A stretch of 64,000 nt of DNA from contig NC_088862.1 of assembly GCF_963853765.1 (NCBI RefSeq), forward strand, positions 29,202,001-29,266,000. The letters run 5' to 3'. A program made the position numbers and the translations under genes. Origin of the DNA: Magallana gigas (lineage: Eukaryota). Below are positions 36,190 through 50,874 of the stretch, piece by piece; positions within the stretch are counted from its first letter, which is position 1, and the number at the start of each line of letters is the position of its first letter. The notes under the pieces are model-generated. The model was not told the origin of the DNA and ran no database searches. It saw only the letters and a list, made by a program, of their open reading frames with translations.

Positions 36190-39100
36190 TGATTTTATAA
36201 GACATTAACTGAACTAAAAAATGTGCTCTTACATGATTAAACATCAAAACTGTTAAAAAAAAACCAATTGCAACCTTATTGTTATTAACCTGTGTCTAAG
36301 TGGTTTGAAAGCACGATATGTGGTATTAAGATCTGCAGAATGGATGTGTTTTTGTGATTGTTTATTGGAAATGAATTTTTTTAATTTCAAATTTTTCTTG
36401 ACATATTTAAATTGTTTATAATGTTATGCATTAATAAGCAAATCAGAATACTAAAATTTAAATTGTCTTATACGAAATAAAGCAATAATTCAGTTTTAAT
36501 TAACCCCCCCCCCCCCCTTAAACAAACTAACAAAAAGATTTCAAAATTGATATAGAAAAATCAAGAGCGTATACCTTTTTTCTGTGAAATCATTCAGAAA
36601 AAGATAGATATTCATTTAAGTATTGTATTGTTTATTTGCTAAAATTCATTTGAATAATAAGCAGTTGTAACATGTACAAATTTATAAAGATATTACGCTA
36701 CACTTTATCTGAGTACATTCTATGTACACTCATAGGAAGAGCAACCCTATAAATCAATAAATCAAATAGTAATGTAAATGAAAATAGTAATAAGAAATTA
36801 ATTGGATGTACTAGAAGTCTGGCACTCCCGTTTTTGCCTGCTTCACGCAGATACATTGCGTGATGGCACAATTGTTTGTGATTATGAATGGCATAGAGTT
36901 GAACTAACTTAAACATATAAGGGCGAATATAGTAGATAAAATACACGTAGACATATAGACAAGTAATAGCTTTAAAAAAAAGATTGCCTGACTAAACAAA
37001 ATTAGTCATTGGAAGCAAGCATGTATCAATAGACTATCTTATTAGCAATGAATTTTAATTTTCGCTGCTGATCATAAATTCTTAAATGGAACGTGCAGAT
37101 TTAAGAAGATATTTCAGTCTTTCCTGCGATCTATGCATATACATCACCTTAAATTAGATTAGTTTATTTTAAGAATGTACATATATCAATTAATTGCATT
37201 TAACCTTAAATAAAACAGTCAAATTTTCAAATTGTATTTGTTATATTAAGATGCAAATCAACTGCAAGGCATTTTTTCCTATTTCCTACCATAGGTAATA
37301 GGAAAGGATATTCAAGCACGTAGCATTGTATTTAAAGGTGTGTTGGGACAGTTTCAACAAAACATTTTGACAAGCAAAAAAGGGATGAATTCTCGAAATC
37401 ATGAAAGAAAATCCTAATTGTAACTTCAATATAATTTAATCAGAATCCATCGTTTTCAGTTTCATTTATTATATAGATATATTATTTGTTCCAATCTGAT
37501 AATCTGATTTAAAAAAAAAAAAATATTTGTTTTTTAAGATGTTTCTATGACGACACCCATGTGATCATTCATGACCTGAAGACATAGATCAACTTTTACC
37601 TGTCTAAAAGTAAAGATATATATTATCCTGTAAATTTTCATCAACCTGATCTTGCGCATTTTTCTGTTTTTATTTATTAAATTGAGGAGGATTGAAAAGG
37701 GAACTTCATTCCGAAGATTAATTCTCAGAAATGTGATTGATTTAAACATTGCAGGCAAAGCTTCTATTGAATAAACATTTGCTGCAAGTAGATATGAGCT
37801 TAGGTGTAGTAGATCAATACAGAATGGCGAGCATATGAATGTACGGCTAGGTCAAAGAAAGATTATTTATGGAGACGGGATGGTCAATTGATAAACCAGC
37901 AGATCTACCTCAAACTTTTAAACATGATATTTTGGCTACTAACTTTGATGAAGCAAAGAACACATTTTAGCTTTACAATTCTAAAATTTTCCAATATCAT
38001 CATACTGAGGTTCCAAGTATAGCTTAAATGGTCATACTATTCTATCGGAATTAAGCACACTTTATATATATCAAAATAATAATTATCAAAAGGGCTGGAT
38101 GATAGTGGCCATTTTTAGACTGTTTTCATTTCCTTTTGAAGAAGAGCTCTATTTAGATTCAGGAAATGACACAAATTTAGAAGTTACTTATGGATTTTTT
38201 CTTAACTTGATAACCGATTATAATTAAACTAAGCATATCCTAAAATTTTAGGTATTCTGATGGTATTGTTTTGACAATCCAACCTCCTTAAAATATGAAA
38301 TATGCTAAAAAAAACCTTACAAAACAGTTTAAAATTCTTGCTAATAAACACAATTTAAAGCATCTCGAACCAGTGTGTATTAAAATAGATCTATTCTTCT
38401 ATTGTTTTCAATAAAAATGATGATTTAATAAGATTTCATATTCTTGGATAAATTGAAAAATAACAACATGTGACAAATTTTGTGTTGGTTTTTGGAATAG
38501 GAAAATGTATGAATGGATATTGCCCACAAAGAAGGTTATGAATTATATGTAAAGTTAGTAAAGTTACATTGTTGGCAATTTTTGTAATAAAATAATTTTA
38601 CACTATTAGTTGCTTTTATTATGAATACTAATTACACTTGAAAAACCCTAAAAATGTGTCACTTTTACACAGTGTTTAAGTCATTAACAATGTCCCGCTT
38701 AATTATGCCAGTGCCAAGATCACATTTTGTCACCCATCTATAGCTGCATATATCGAAGAATTAAAATATGCCATAAGAGAGACCATTGTTTAAAGAGTTT
38801 ACAATCACTTTTTTATCATAGTATCTCACCTGTCAGGTGATATATTTACCTTTTAAAAATAAATTCCTACAGGATAATAATTTGTCCCATAGGTAAAACA
38901 ATATTTCCACAGGAATCATATTTCCTTTGGGAATTATCATTTTTGTATGGGATATTAATTTTTAAAGATAAATATCTTATATATAAGCTGAAATACACTA
39001 AAATCAAAATTGGTAAAATACTCTTTAGAAAATGGTCTATCATTTGGATTTTTCCGAAACTGCGTCTTAAGCGGGTGGAAAATGTCACCTTGACACTGGC

Positions 39101-41066
39101 ATAGTTATTCGGCACAGTGTTCATTATTCCCTTAAAGAAAAGAGAATAAGATTACACCCCTTGATATATCTAACACAAAATAATTTAAGTAATACATACG
39201 ACTATATTGATAAGTATTAGCGTGGACATATACTCGAAGAAAATCTTCTACTTGTCACACTTACATATACACGTATTTTAAACTATATTGGCAAAGTAGA
39301 ACAACACTACTGAAAGACAAATTACGGCTTCCTTTACCAAAATAAGCGGCCAAATAGTAAAACGTTATGCAAATGCAAAATTGAAATTTAAGGACAACAA
39401 GTTACCCATCATATCTACCTAAATTGTTAAGATAGAATTTGTTAGCTTATTAACTATTATTTATCAATGAAAAATTCTACATAACGTACTTTTTAATTTT
39501 GGGTGTTTTTCAATATTTTTATATAGAGCTATTCATTTAAAAGAGATCAAGAAAGTCTAAAATAGCCATGTTCATCAAACCCTCTAAACGCCATTTTTTT
39601 AAATTTAGTAATGCTTAAAATGATATAGTTGTCTCTCTTTGACTTATCTGCTCTTGTTCCACCAGCGAACATATACATACCGGTAAAACGTATAAAATGT
39701 ACAAAATGTGCAAAATATTACAGTGTGTGTTTCAGACGGTTGGGTGGTCATGGCCAATTTTAGGCTGTATTTAACTCATATAGATATAGACGAAGAACTT
39801 TCTATACAGATATAGCTAGGAAAATGTTCAGAAGTCTGAAATTAATAGTAACAGTATATCCATCCAAAATGAACTTAGTTCCCTGTTTTGGTCACAAATA
39901 GGGTTCTTTGTTTAGGTCAGTCGTTAAGCAAAATATAACCTCTTCCTGGCTGTGTAATTGTTGTAGAAAGATTTTATGATTTATATTTTCCGATCAAATA
40001 CTCAGTATATATATAACTATTAATTTTATGCAAAATGTACTTCTTTCTGACATTGATTTATATTGATGTTAACGCAGAAATTAAGTTTAATTCCCATATT
40101 ATCCATATGCATTGTATAAAATTGCTGAGCCATATTGAAGGGTTACTTAACTTACTTGACTTATTCCTGTTCGTTCCATTGGGAGTATAGGACCGCAGCA
40201 AAGGTGAGAACATTTCTAAAAATCATAAGCAATATATAATGATCGATTTTTAAAAATTACTACTATGTCATTTCCTGTGACGACTGTGTTTCATTATTGT
40301 CCCAGAAAACAATCGAGCAAGTAGTTGTTTTGTCCAAAATTACCCCATTTCGGTTAAGCGCCACCTATCAGAACCACTTAATATAGTTCCCTACCATTAC
40401 ATTGTGCCTACGTGTACACTTTTCAATACTGAGCTTATTAAGGAGACTGGATGGTAAACAAATTTTCCATTAGGTCTGCCTCAAACTTGTCATTATGGTA
40501 ATTTTGGCCATAAACTAACAAAGAAATAGTCCAAATATTTCAGCTTTAAAATTTAAGCTTATTTCTATACAGAGCTCTTCGTCATTAGGAGGTTAATATA
40601 GCCGAACAAATGGTCACAACTCACCAGCACTCTTAGTAGAACCATCTAAATTTTTAGTATCATTTTTTACCTTGTTCTGATGATGGCACTTAGCTTTTGC
40701 CTATACGTGCTATTGGTAAATCTAAAAGTCCAAGACGGAAATCAATCAAATCATTAATTCAGGCGTGCTTATGTCAGTATTACATGTATCTATTGATTCA
40801 ATGTGTCATCAATAACTATTAAAAAACAAACAATAAACGGATATACTAACTTAATAATACCGGCATTTCAAAGTAAGTCGCAACAGCGCACATGTACATA
40901 GCACACTCCAAATGTGTGAAATATTTCCTAGTTATAAAAATGATATATTTGAAATAAAGAGGTTGCACTTTTATAAAGTTTTGGTATTACTGACATAGAC
41001 AAAACTAAATGGAAGCGACGGCAGTTGTAATTGATATTAGGTGCGATAAAATCAAACAACAACTAA

Positions 41067-41275
41067 TGTGTACAGGGTTTTTTTTTCGCCCGTGTAATTT
41101 TCGCCCTTATACATTTGCAAACAATTTTGTCCCGTTTTGAATTCGCCCAGACACAGCTGTGTTTAAAGAGAGATAATTTGAGACACGAATATTTGGTCAG
41201 TGTCAATTTCGCCCACCGACAATGAGGGCAAAAAGGGCGAAAATAAAACGGGGCGAATATTCCCTTGTATACAGT
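41067..41275. mobile_element. MITE, same family as 7215-7431
   Basis: Shared TTTAAAGAGAGATAAT, GAGGGCAAAA.GGGCGAAAA and GGGCGAATATT..C..G.ATACAGT. Confidence 0.7.
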
Positions 41276-43945
41276 TACCTAATACCGGCAAGATGATCGT
41301 GGCAATTTTTGGAGCATTAACATTCCAATCTGCTTTACAGAGAGGGGTTTGCATAAAGACATTGGGAAATATTCAGATATGAAAGCTAAACTCAGAGAAA
41401 ATGTTCTTTACTGAATTGAAGTTCTTGTTAAAATAATCATATCTGAAAGTTGTAGGTAGATCGAATGGAGAATTTGTAAACCAACACCCTCCAAAGCTAT
41501 AAAGAAAAGCCATAGATTGTCCGACAGCTTTGTTATATACATCGTATCACACAATCCTAAATATCAGAAATCGTCAGGACGTGCGCCCCGTTTCTTTAGA
41601 GGAACTCATCCTTCTTCCAGTTCCATCCTTATCGACTCTTTCTCATGACAAACTCCATTGAATTGGATCAAAATTATAGAAAAAAAATATCTGCCTCTAA
41701 TGATTGTCTTGCAGAGAATAAAATGCTCGGAGCCAAATATGCCAATTTTGCCAATTGAGTCTGAGATTGCGGCCCAGACAACTTAGACTTTTTCACTTTT
41801 AAATATGTGTCTATAAAATGGGTATATAATTGAAAATTTCATAAAATATGAGACTTTATCAAACGTGAGTTCGTCTACGTATTTATATCCTGGATGCAAA
41901 CTATTGCAACAATTTTAGAGATTCGGTACGTGGACAGTTTTAGACATTAATTATCCGTTTTACCTAAACAAAAAAAAATTGACATTAAGAAAAAAATTCA
42001 AATTTCTTCAAAAAAAAAATTCAATTTCTTGTAACCTTGTGTTTAAAATATCACAAATATAATGTATACAGTACATTGTAAGGCTTTTTTTCTTTACTGT
42101 TCTGTTTTTACGCAAACTCCAAATGTTTATGCGTATAAACAAAAGCAGCTTTAGTATTGACTAATTGCGCATTAATTTTCCATATTATAAAACAAATGAT
42201 TTTTCTTCATTTGTTCCTCCATGGTCTTCTCTCTTTATTTTCTACTTTGTAAATTTATAAAAGAGTCCTTAGAGATACCATAATTATGCCATAACACAAA
42301 GCCTTCATGATGAGAGATCATTAGGCGCTTTATTTATTGACATTTCTGCCAGTAATATAATAAATGCCTGCCCCCTAGCGACTCACCCAGGGACCACATT
42401 GCGTGCAAGCGGGGCTTGATCTTTGGCACATGGCTTACATAGGGGGGACCCGCGGGGCTGGCATTAACACACATTGTTAATTAATTGAATAAAGTAAAGT
42501 TCAAGTTAGTAATTTTGGTTGATTTTTTACGAACAACCAAAGAATTGTCAATGAATAGTACTGGTCTTACAAAAGTGTGTGAACGTATATTCCTTGTTAT
42601 TCAATGTATTCTTATGAAGGATAAAAAAAATGAAATTTTAAGACATGTAATCGTAACATTCAAACACATTTCATAATTCAAGAATGCATTCTTTTTTTTG
42701 TATACTTTGATTGATGAAGTGACTGACAGACTAACTGTGTATCTTAATATTGTTTATTTTTTTTGGAATGGCGATAATAATTAATGGACAGTCTATCTTT
42801 CTACATCACAAAAGCAATAGTGAGCATTGCAATAAGGAGAAAAGTGTTACACCCATTTTTTTCGACAGAAATAATAATTTAAAAAAACCGATTTTCCTCA
42901 AAATGCTGTTGTTAACAGATGAGTGTAGTTATAATTACCATTATTTTTTTTTTTAATTTGAAAAGCTTCAAAGGGCTAAAATTCGAAAATAACCCAATTA
43001 GAACTCACAATTATATATTTTCGTTGATGAACACAAAAACAGCATCGCAAGTGGCCTTTCTACGACCCCTTTAGCCCAGGTGAGCTCAAAATAGAAAAAA
43101 AAAACTTCTGGTTGAAATTAATTATTCATCAAAAACATTTTGATAAGCGTATCTTCGAGAGTCGAATTACACAGATTTCAGACTTATTTCAGATGCCACA
43201 TTTAAAACCGTGTTTATCTGTTGTTTTTACAGATTTCTCCTTAAACGCCAGGAAACTAATTATGCAAACTAATTACCAGTGTAATTGAAATAAAAATCAA
43301 TCCTTTCACTGCTATTAGTGTGTGTGGTTAAGAAAGATTGCAGAACGTTAAGGAAAACACGATACTTTTTGTTTGTGTATATGTTTATATAGGTGTATAA
43401 AAAGAAGGTTTTTATACAATTACAGATGAAAGTAAAGCTGACATATTAACAAACGGTGTTTGAGTGACCGCTTTTAAAAGTAAAGGAATATATACATTAT
43501 CGTGATTAAAAACAAACTTCATTTTCAAACTTCATTAAGTTTAAAACTTTGAAAATGTTATATACAAGGTTAAAAGTTTCATACAACAAATGAAAAAACC
43601 AAAAAAATAAATAATTTTAAATGAAATTGATCAGAACACACCATTTCAGTCACATCCGCACCAAATCTTATTCAATTCATAAGAAAAAAAACATTAATTG
43701 CACCTATGAAGCATATTCACCAACAACTTGTAAAATGTAATACTTTTTCATAGGGTTTATATGTTAGTCGATAAATCCTACGATTGGTAAATAATGACAA
43801 CCACACACTACGGAAATCTCCAAAGGGAATACTCTATTCCTCACAAAGAGTAAACACACAATGCAAATATGAATACATAATTCTGGCAGTGATAGAATGG
43901 ATATTGCGTTGAGTAGCTGGATTGTTGTTTGGCAGAACAATCGTT

Positions 43946-44251
43946 TCACACGAAAAATTCTTTGCCGATTTTAGTTTTGCCAATGATTTCGTTGTCAGTC
44001 AACATTTGCGACACTTCCGATGAATGTCGTAATAAGGCTTTCCGGTCACAATCGTTACAACGGTTTTTGGTACTTTTGATACCCGCGGCCCTCCTGCGTT
44101 TGCACTGAGATACGATGTACATGACACAGATTAAGATAATTACAGTTCCTAGAATCAGAATCAGGGACAGTTTGATCTCGTACACGATGTGTCGATTATG
44201 TAACAGCAAATGATGATACACTTCCGGCGGGGACTCGTTTTCATAATCCAT
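43946..44251 (-). CDS. Uncharacterised 101-aa single-pass membrane protein
   Basis: gtcATGg start; hydrophobic LSLILILGTVIILICVMYIV followed by SQCKRRR (positive-inside). Preceded by a canonical acceptor (TTTTTTTTCAG| at 44271) and candidate upstream exons ~44400-44545 and 44862-~45030 with AG|GTAAT donors. No family recognised. Confidence 0.55.
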   Translation of the reverse strand: MDYENESPPEVYHHLLLHNRHIVYEIKLSLILILGTVIILICVMYIVSQCKRRRAAGIKSTKNRCNDCDRKALLRHSSEVSQMLTDNEIIGKTKIGKEFFV

Positions 44252-45510
44252 GACGAAAACGTTTCAGGCACTGAAAAAAAATAACTTTATAAAAAATGAG
44301 AAAAAAAAACTTTGTCAAATATGAAAAAATACACTGTACTCATAATGGAAATATCAACCTTACTTGGCAATTAACTCAGAATTAAAATCAGTCCATTACC
44401 TTTTATTCCGACAACAATCCTTCGCTCGTCGCATCACGACAGACAGATGATACCCTTCTTTCCCTTCTTTCTGGCTTTCTTGACGCGGTATTGGTTTACT
44501 CTCAGTTCACAATCTATGCTCTGTTTGCTTCCATAATTTCTCTGGCTTTGGTATCAGAGAGAGAGAGGGAGAGAATATTTTTCCTTCAATAAATCAATCC
44601 ATATACTGCCTCAAATTATTATTCCCCGAGCAAACGAACTCGTTTGTTTGCGATACGTATTTTTCCACTATGCTTGACTACATCCAATATTTTTTCCTTT
44701 ATTTTTTTCTCAACACAGGGGATCTTCTGTATTATAGTTGCAGGGCATTGGATATACCTTCAATGATACTCACAACAATCAGGGAATGCAAAAACTTTAC
44801 ATCTGATCTCTGTTGTGTTTTTTCTTCAGGCAGCGGGAGGTAATTGCTTGTTAATTATTACCTCAAAAAAAATCCCATCCAAGTCGTATATCGCTCGGTC
44901 TTGTCATTCACCGTATTACTGGTTTTCAACGATCGAGTCGTTCAATACTATTGTTTTCCTGCGCGAACAAAGCCTTGCTATCGTGTACTAACTAATGCTG
45001 AGCTGATTTGAGTGATCACAGAGAGAGAGAGGAGAAGAGAGAGCGCGCAAACATGGTAATTCAGAGTCATAGTTCTCCCGTCATTTTCACTGAATAATGA
45101 ATGGCTATGTATTTATTAAAACGTTATCGTGGGCCAATTCTTCCGTTTCCGTAATGCAAATCAATACCGGTTTCATAGTTCATGCCTTTTCGACAATGTA
45201 TTTAGTTGTCCTTCGGAACTCAGTCGTTGATCACAAGCACAAGCGATTTCTGGCGCTTGCTTGATACCATTAAGGGGAAACGTTTAAGTAGGTTGGATGA
45301 TCGTCACCATATTTAGGCTATATTAACCTCCTTTAGATGAAGAGCTCTGTATAAAGATTTTAAAATATCTTTAAATTTTAAATCTAAAGTATTTAGATTT
45401 TTTCTAACCTTAGTAAAAGTTTTTAGCCAAACATATAAAAATCTTAAGTTAAATTTGATAATTCACTTGTTGACCGACCAACCTCATAAAGCCGATGATT
45501 TTTTTTGTCT

Positions 45511-45690
45511 NNNNNNNNNNNNNNNNNNNNNNNNNNNNNNNNNNNNNNNNNNNNNNNNNNNNNNNNNNNNNNNNNNNNNNNNNNNNNNNNNNNNNNNNNN
45601 NNNNNNNNNNNNNNNNNNNNNNNNNNNNNNNNNNNNNNNNNNNNNNNNNNNNNNNNNNNNNNNNNNNNNNNNNNNNNNNNNNNNNNNNNC
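45511..45690. other. Assembly gap (180 N)
   Basis: Run of N. Confidence 1.
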
Positions 45691-45736
45691 TGTTAGCAAT
45701 GTGTGTGTTTCAATTGTTAAATAAAGAGATCAATTA

Positions 45737-45799
<63 letters not shown>
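45737..45799. repeat. (AG)n microsatellite
   Basis: Direct reading. Confidence 0.96.
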
Positions 45800-45802
<3 letters not shown>

Positions 45803-48800
45803 GTCCAGAGTTGTTTATTTCTTAACAAAATGTTAAAAAACTCGATATCTCTGTGCTCTATTCTGAGTAACTGATTACTTATATATAGAATCTCTATATA
45901 CATACAGAACCCAATCAAGAGTGCATCCACTGCTATTTTTAGTACGGGCTAATATAAAATACATATATACAATTTTCTTTGAAGCATTTTTTTTGGAACT
46001 CTTTGAAAATTTTAACAAAGAAAACTTCTTGAATTTTAATATCACAATGAATAATTCAAGAATATTTTTTTTAGTTTTCTCTTTTGGGCTTTGGCACCCA
46101 AATAAAACTTATAATGGTGTGCCTTAATTGAAAATTGATGAAGATGCAAATCACCCGGCTTATATCAAATTTCAAAATCTTGTTGCAAACAAATAGCAAT
46201 TAGCGAGTTTAAAAGCCCGAATAGGGATTTAGAATTTCACACAGAGGTTTTTTTTTTATCCCACCAAAGGTTGATCAGATTTAATTCAGATAAGATAGTT
46301 TATCCCGATGTTTTGCGGTTTCACACTGGCACCGATGTTAAATAAGGCGTTTTATACAACAAGTGACACATATGCATTGTGACAACGCACTTTGAAAAAA
46401 TGTATATAAATTACGGTATACAACAAACACGATGGTTTCTTTTTTTTGCTACATCTACAGTTGTATCTTGTGCTCAGAGAAAGAGAAAAAATATGTACAA
46501 CGCGGAACTCTTTGAGCGTGAAGATTTCATCCGGCAATTTGTCAAATTACACCCAGGGGAAATAGGATTGTCTTTCAGAATGTCTTCTCTCAAAACTTGA
46601 AATTACTTGATACTTTGCAAAAGCGCGTTGTGCGAAAAGATACAGTCCGCTTTAAGCCTCCCTCGCAGAAAAAATGTCATATTTATTTTGGCTATAACAA
46701 CAGTCATTTGAGATTCAGAGGTTTCCGGAAAAATAAGTGGATGACATTTGTTGTGTTAAGTGGTTGGGGATTTGAAGCGAATTCTGTGGAATTATAGATT
46801 CTTCACACTCAGAAAATTCACGTTGAACAGCAACAATGATAGCTATTTGCATTGATTGAGAGTCAATTTGAGAAAAAAGCAACTGTGGGATCTAGCTTCA
46901 TTTCAATGTTATAAAAATACTAATTTTACAGTAATAACACCTTTTTTGCCTCCTCATCTCACTCATTTTATTTTTAACGTAAGAATGGACATTTTTAGAT
47001 ATAATGATACATGAAGTACCCTCCCCCCTTCAACCTAACCAACCGAAACTATTCTACGGAACTGTCTATTCTAAACTTAACAACAAGATATCACATTTTC
47101 CCATCTATTGTTTATGTTTTAGAAATTGGAAATTACTAACTTGTACAGAGACATCGTTCAACCTATCTAACGTGTCACAGTTTTTTTTTTAAATCTTTGA
47201 ACCAAAAACAAAAACGACCCCCTCCCACATATCAACTGACAAAACAAATTATACCACAAACAAAAAACACGCCCCAGACCCCCCCCCCCCCCACCCACAC
47301 CACCCCCGACAAAAAAACCAACAACAGCAACACCTTCAACGAATCAACAAGCAAAAATAGAATAACAAAAAGCTTTATTGAATTCCATAAGTCAACAAAA
47401 CATCTTAAAGACAGTTTTATTACTTAGTCTAGAGTGATACGGGGCACCATACATGTTCATGTCATTAGTGAAGTGATGCAAACTTTTTGAAGTTCTTTCT
47501 CTTTCGTTAACAAAAACATAAAACAGAAATAAAAGTCAGTGTATACTTCTATCTTGACCAAATGCAGTTTATCATCTAATAAACATTTTCAAGTACAACG
47601 AACACATAAGAGCAACATGCTTTTGTTTTCAAGAAAAATCAATCTCAATCAGAAATAATTGCACTTTCCTATTGATGTATTCGACAAACATTATTTGGCG
47701 GTTAGTGGGAAATGTTACTTGGTCCAAAAACAATTATATCAAATGTAACAATTTTGATTCTGAAAAAGGAAACCATTGCACGAAAATATAAAAAAAAATC
47801 CAAAAAGCATAATAATTCACCAGAATGCTTTTAACAATTAGATATCTATGCTTTATATCAAATTTACACAAATAATAAACTCCAAAATAGCTTTGTAAAC
47901 AATAAATGGATACAATTTATATGAATCTTCCTGCTACATTACAGGGGCATGGTCACGATTTTGGTAAAAAATTGTTTTTTCGAGTTTAATATTTACAATA
48001 CTTCAGAAGGCATCTTTAATAGGCAACCAAAATTAGAGTATCATTTGCTGAGTTACAGAGCCTGAACTTCTTTGCTATGTAAACAAAACGTTTGTATACA
48101 TTTTGAATGTTGAAGTATACATTTCAGTTTTAAATTTAAAACGAATGTGTTAAACGTTAGAAACAGTTTGTCTATGTTTAAAATAAAAGAAAAAATAGAC
48201 AAACAAGCTGGGAATTATTTCTACTGGTATATCGAACCTATGTAAAACAAAAACAGGGCACGAGTTTTGTTTACATGTCAAAGAATTGTGAGTCCTGTAT
48301 CTTGCTTATAACTCTACGAATGACGAATTTGCCAGATTACATACTTGCACTAGACTTGGTCTAAATTATGTAAAATATCCGATATATCCGTAGTTTGATA
48401 GAATATTGGTGCATTGTATCTAAAAGCATTTGTTTTAATTCTAAAATTATTATAAACAATGTTTAAGTGCTACACATAAAGCTACATGCTATTGATGGAA
48501 TGTAACAAAAGATGAATTAGAGCGTCAGGACCAGAATTTTATAGCTAATTATCTTTTTGTGTAGGACTTAAAATAAAGATGCGTAATTCCAGGGATGTAC
48601 ATTAGATAAAATGCTTCATAATTGCATCAACACTGCTGTATTCCTTCGTCTTCGGTTTTGAAAGAGAGAAAAAAAATCCATCACATGGAGAGAATACAAA
48701 CAAAAGATTCGTTTAACGGAGAGAGTCCAATTTCTATTCGGAGATATAATTAATTCCAAAAATTGAAAGCATTATAATTGAATGCATGTCACCCACTGCG

Positions 48801-49662
48801 CACCAAAACCATTCTTTTCCGGGGAAAATGAAAGCGGCATTATGCAAAGAGTAATTGATTTTCTCGTTTGTTTTATGTCATTAATTCTATAGATTCATTT
48901 ATTTAAAGAATAATCTTAAATTTTCCAAAAGATTATTATTGATTTTGTACAGAACAAAATACTCGTGGGAAGATAGTTATAAATCAACAGCTTTCTTTTT
49001 GAAAATTTTTAAAAATTTCTAGGATGAATAACATTTTCTCCTTTAAGTTAGTCTTAGGATAAACTGTTAGTACTTGATAATTGCACATCTTGTTACACTG
49101 TGGTCTTCTATGACTTTCATTTCATATAGACTTGAAAGAAGGTTCCTGAACGCCCATTTCAAACAGACAGCCTGTTTGTGAAGACTGTGGTATACTGGGC
49201 CAAGGATAGAGAAACTGCTGTCCGGACAAGGCTTTTTACAAAGAATTCCTATGGCCTTCACTTAAGCATACAAACTAAATTTATTGCACATTTTTAACCC
49301 AAAAGCACTTTTTATGTGAAGTAAATTTGCCAATAAAAATTAATATACTGTTCTGACTGAGAATTCTCACGTAGGTTTGTCATGAAGAGGAGATAAAAGG
49401 CGGAGAGGCAGACGGACGGATGGACCAATTGCAAAGCAGAGCCTTAACAAATTAACAAAATGCAGGAGTAACTGTACAAGGGTGATATTTTTAGTTGTTC
49501 GAAGGAACTTCAATTAAACTGTTTAGGTAAAGTCTTCATATTCGTATACAGAATATCAAAGTCTGTCGTTGTTACATTCTTTATTGTACCATGTAGTGTT
49601 TTATAGTAAGTACATGTACATGTGTTAACTTAATAAGTATATGTAATAATTTAGCAACATCT

Positions 49663-50010
49663 GTGCTTGTTGAGAAGGCCAGAAAAGCATATTTTAAAAT
49701 GAAAAAAATAATTGGTATTGATAATCCATGTAAGCTCTTATCAAAACTTTTTGATTCCATTGTACTTCCTGTATTTTTTTATTGTTGTGAAATATGGGTA
49801 GTGGATCTCTCATTGAACGATATTCAGTTATCGAAAATTTCATGTAAAAGTTCTTAAAGATATACTTGGATTAAATTGCAAAGCATCTAAAGCTGGTTGA
49901 CTGGCAGAATTAAGCAGGTTACCACTTTGGTCTAAAATCTCAATAAATATTGGAATCGCTTGATAACTTCTAATTGTTTGGCATTTAAATTATATCAGGG
50001 AACAATCAAT
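49663..50010 (+). mobile_element. Degenerate non-LTR retrotransposon (LINE) ORF2 fragment, post-RT region
   Basis: Reads EKARKAYFKMKK..KLFDSIVLPVFFYCCEIW, then after a frameshift ENFHVKVLKDILGLNCKASKAG*LAELSRLPL. This fits the LFDSxVxPxLxYGCEVW...ELGRxPL pattern of LINE ORF2. Confidence 0.72.
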
Positions 50011-50791
50011 TCCAATTCCTGGACTAAAAAAACTTATGGCGTGTTAGATAATTTGGGAGTCTCAAACATTAGTTATTATAAAAGCACAATTCAACACCTC
50101 TTTAAAGAGGCTGAGTGATCTACAAGTCAACCATTAACCATTTGATCTACCTTAATTTTGACATATGATATTTTTGTCATCAAATGATATTCAGTTAAGG
50201 AAAAAGCAAAACATTTTTACTTCAAAATTTGAGCATTTTCCTATATTTGTTTAAGATCTCTTCATCTTAACGAAATAAATATAACCTACAAAAAGCAAAA
50301 ACCACCCATTTCTTTAAAACATAGTTAGAAATTGAGGTTATTTGTAATTTGTAACATCTTTCAAAAAAGTAATTGATTAGAAGTCATGTAATTGATTAAT
50401 ACAATACATTGTATCTTTAAGAAAAACCTGATTTAAAAGCAACTTCATTCTCTGTAAAGGCCCAAACTAATGATGATCCTTATTCCCTACTTTGATGAAA
50501 TATGCATGAACTTTAAATTCAAAAGATGGTCAAGAAATAATAAATAAAACTAATTATACTGATCACAAATCTGGGTTTTTCAGGTTTTTAGTCATGAAAA
50601 ACTGTCATGTATAATGAGATATCCTTTCATTTTTTGCTGAACCAGACAGCAATTAAATGTTGAGAGACTCGCATATAATTAAAATAGCAAAGAACAAGAA
50701 TCTAATTGATTCCATAATATGTTTTGAATTCAAAAGAAATGTGTACATTGAAGAATTGGTAATTAAGTGGCTATAAGGTGGTGACCATTTT

Positions 50792-50794
<3 letters not shown>

Positions 50795-50870
<76 letters not shown>
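50795..50870. repeat. (AT)n microsatellite
   Basis: Direct reading. Confidence 0.97.

Positions 50871-50874
<4 letters not shown>

Noticed and set aside
37900-40600. Scattered GAAGAGCTCT / TTTTGGC.A.TAACT-containing stretches (also ~45340)
   Set aside because: Probably remnants of one old repeat family, too degraded to delimit or classify by eye.
44400-44480. CxxU selenoprotein reading (..IICLS-TGA-CDERR..) in the small minus-strand gene
   Set aside because: The read-through product has no thioredoxin-like character and I saw no convincing SECIS downstream. A SECISearch hit plus TGA/Cys conservation in orthologues would be needed.
45455-45737. Four ORFs across the N run
   Set aside because: Artefacts of the assembly gap.
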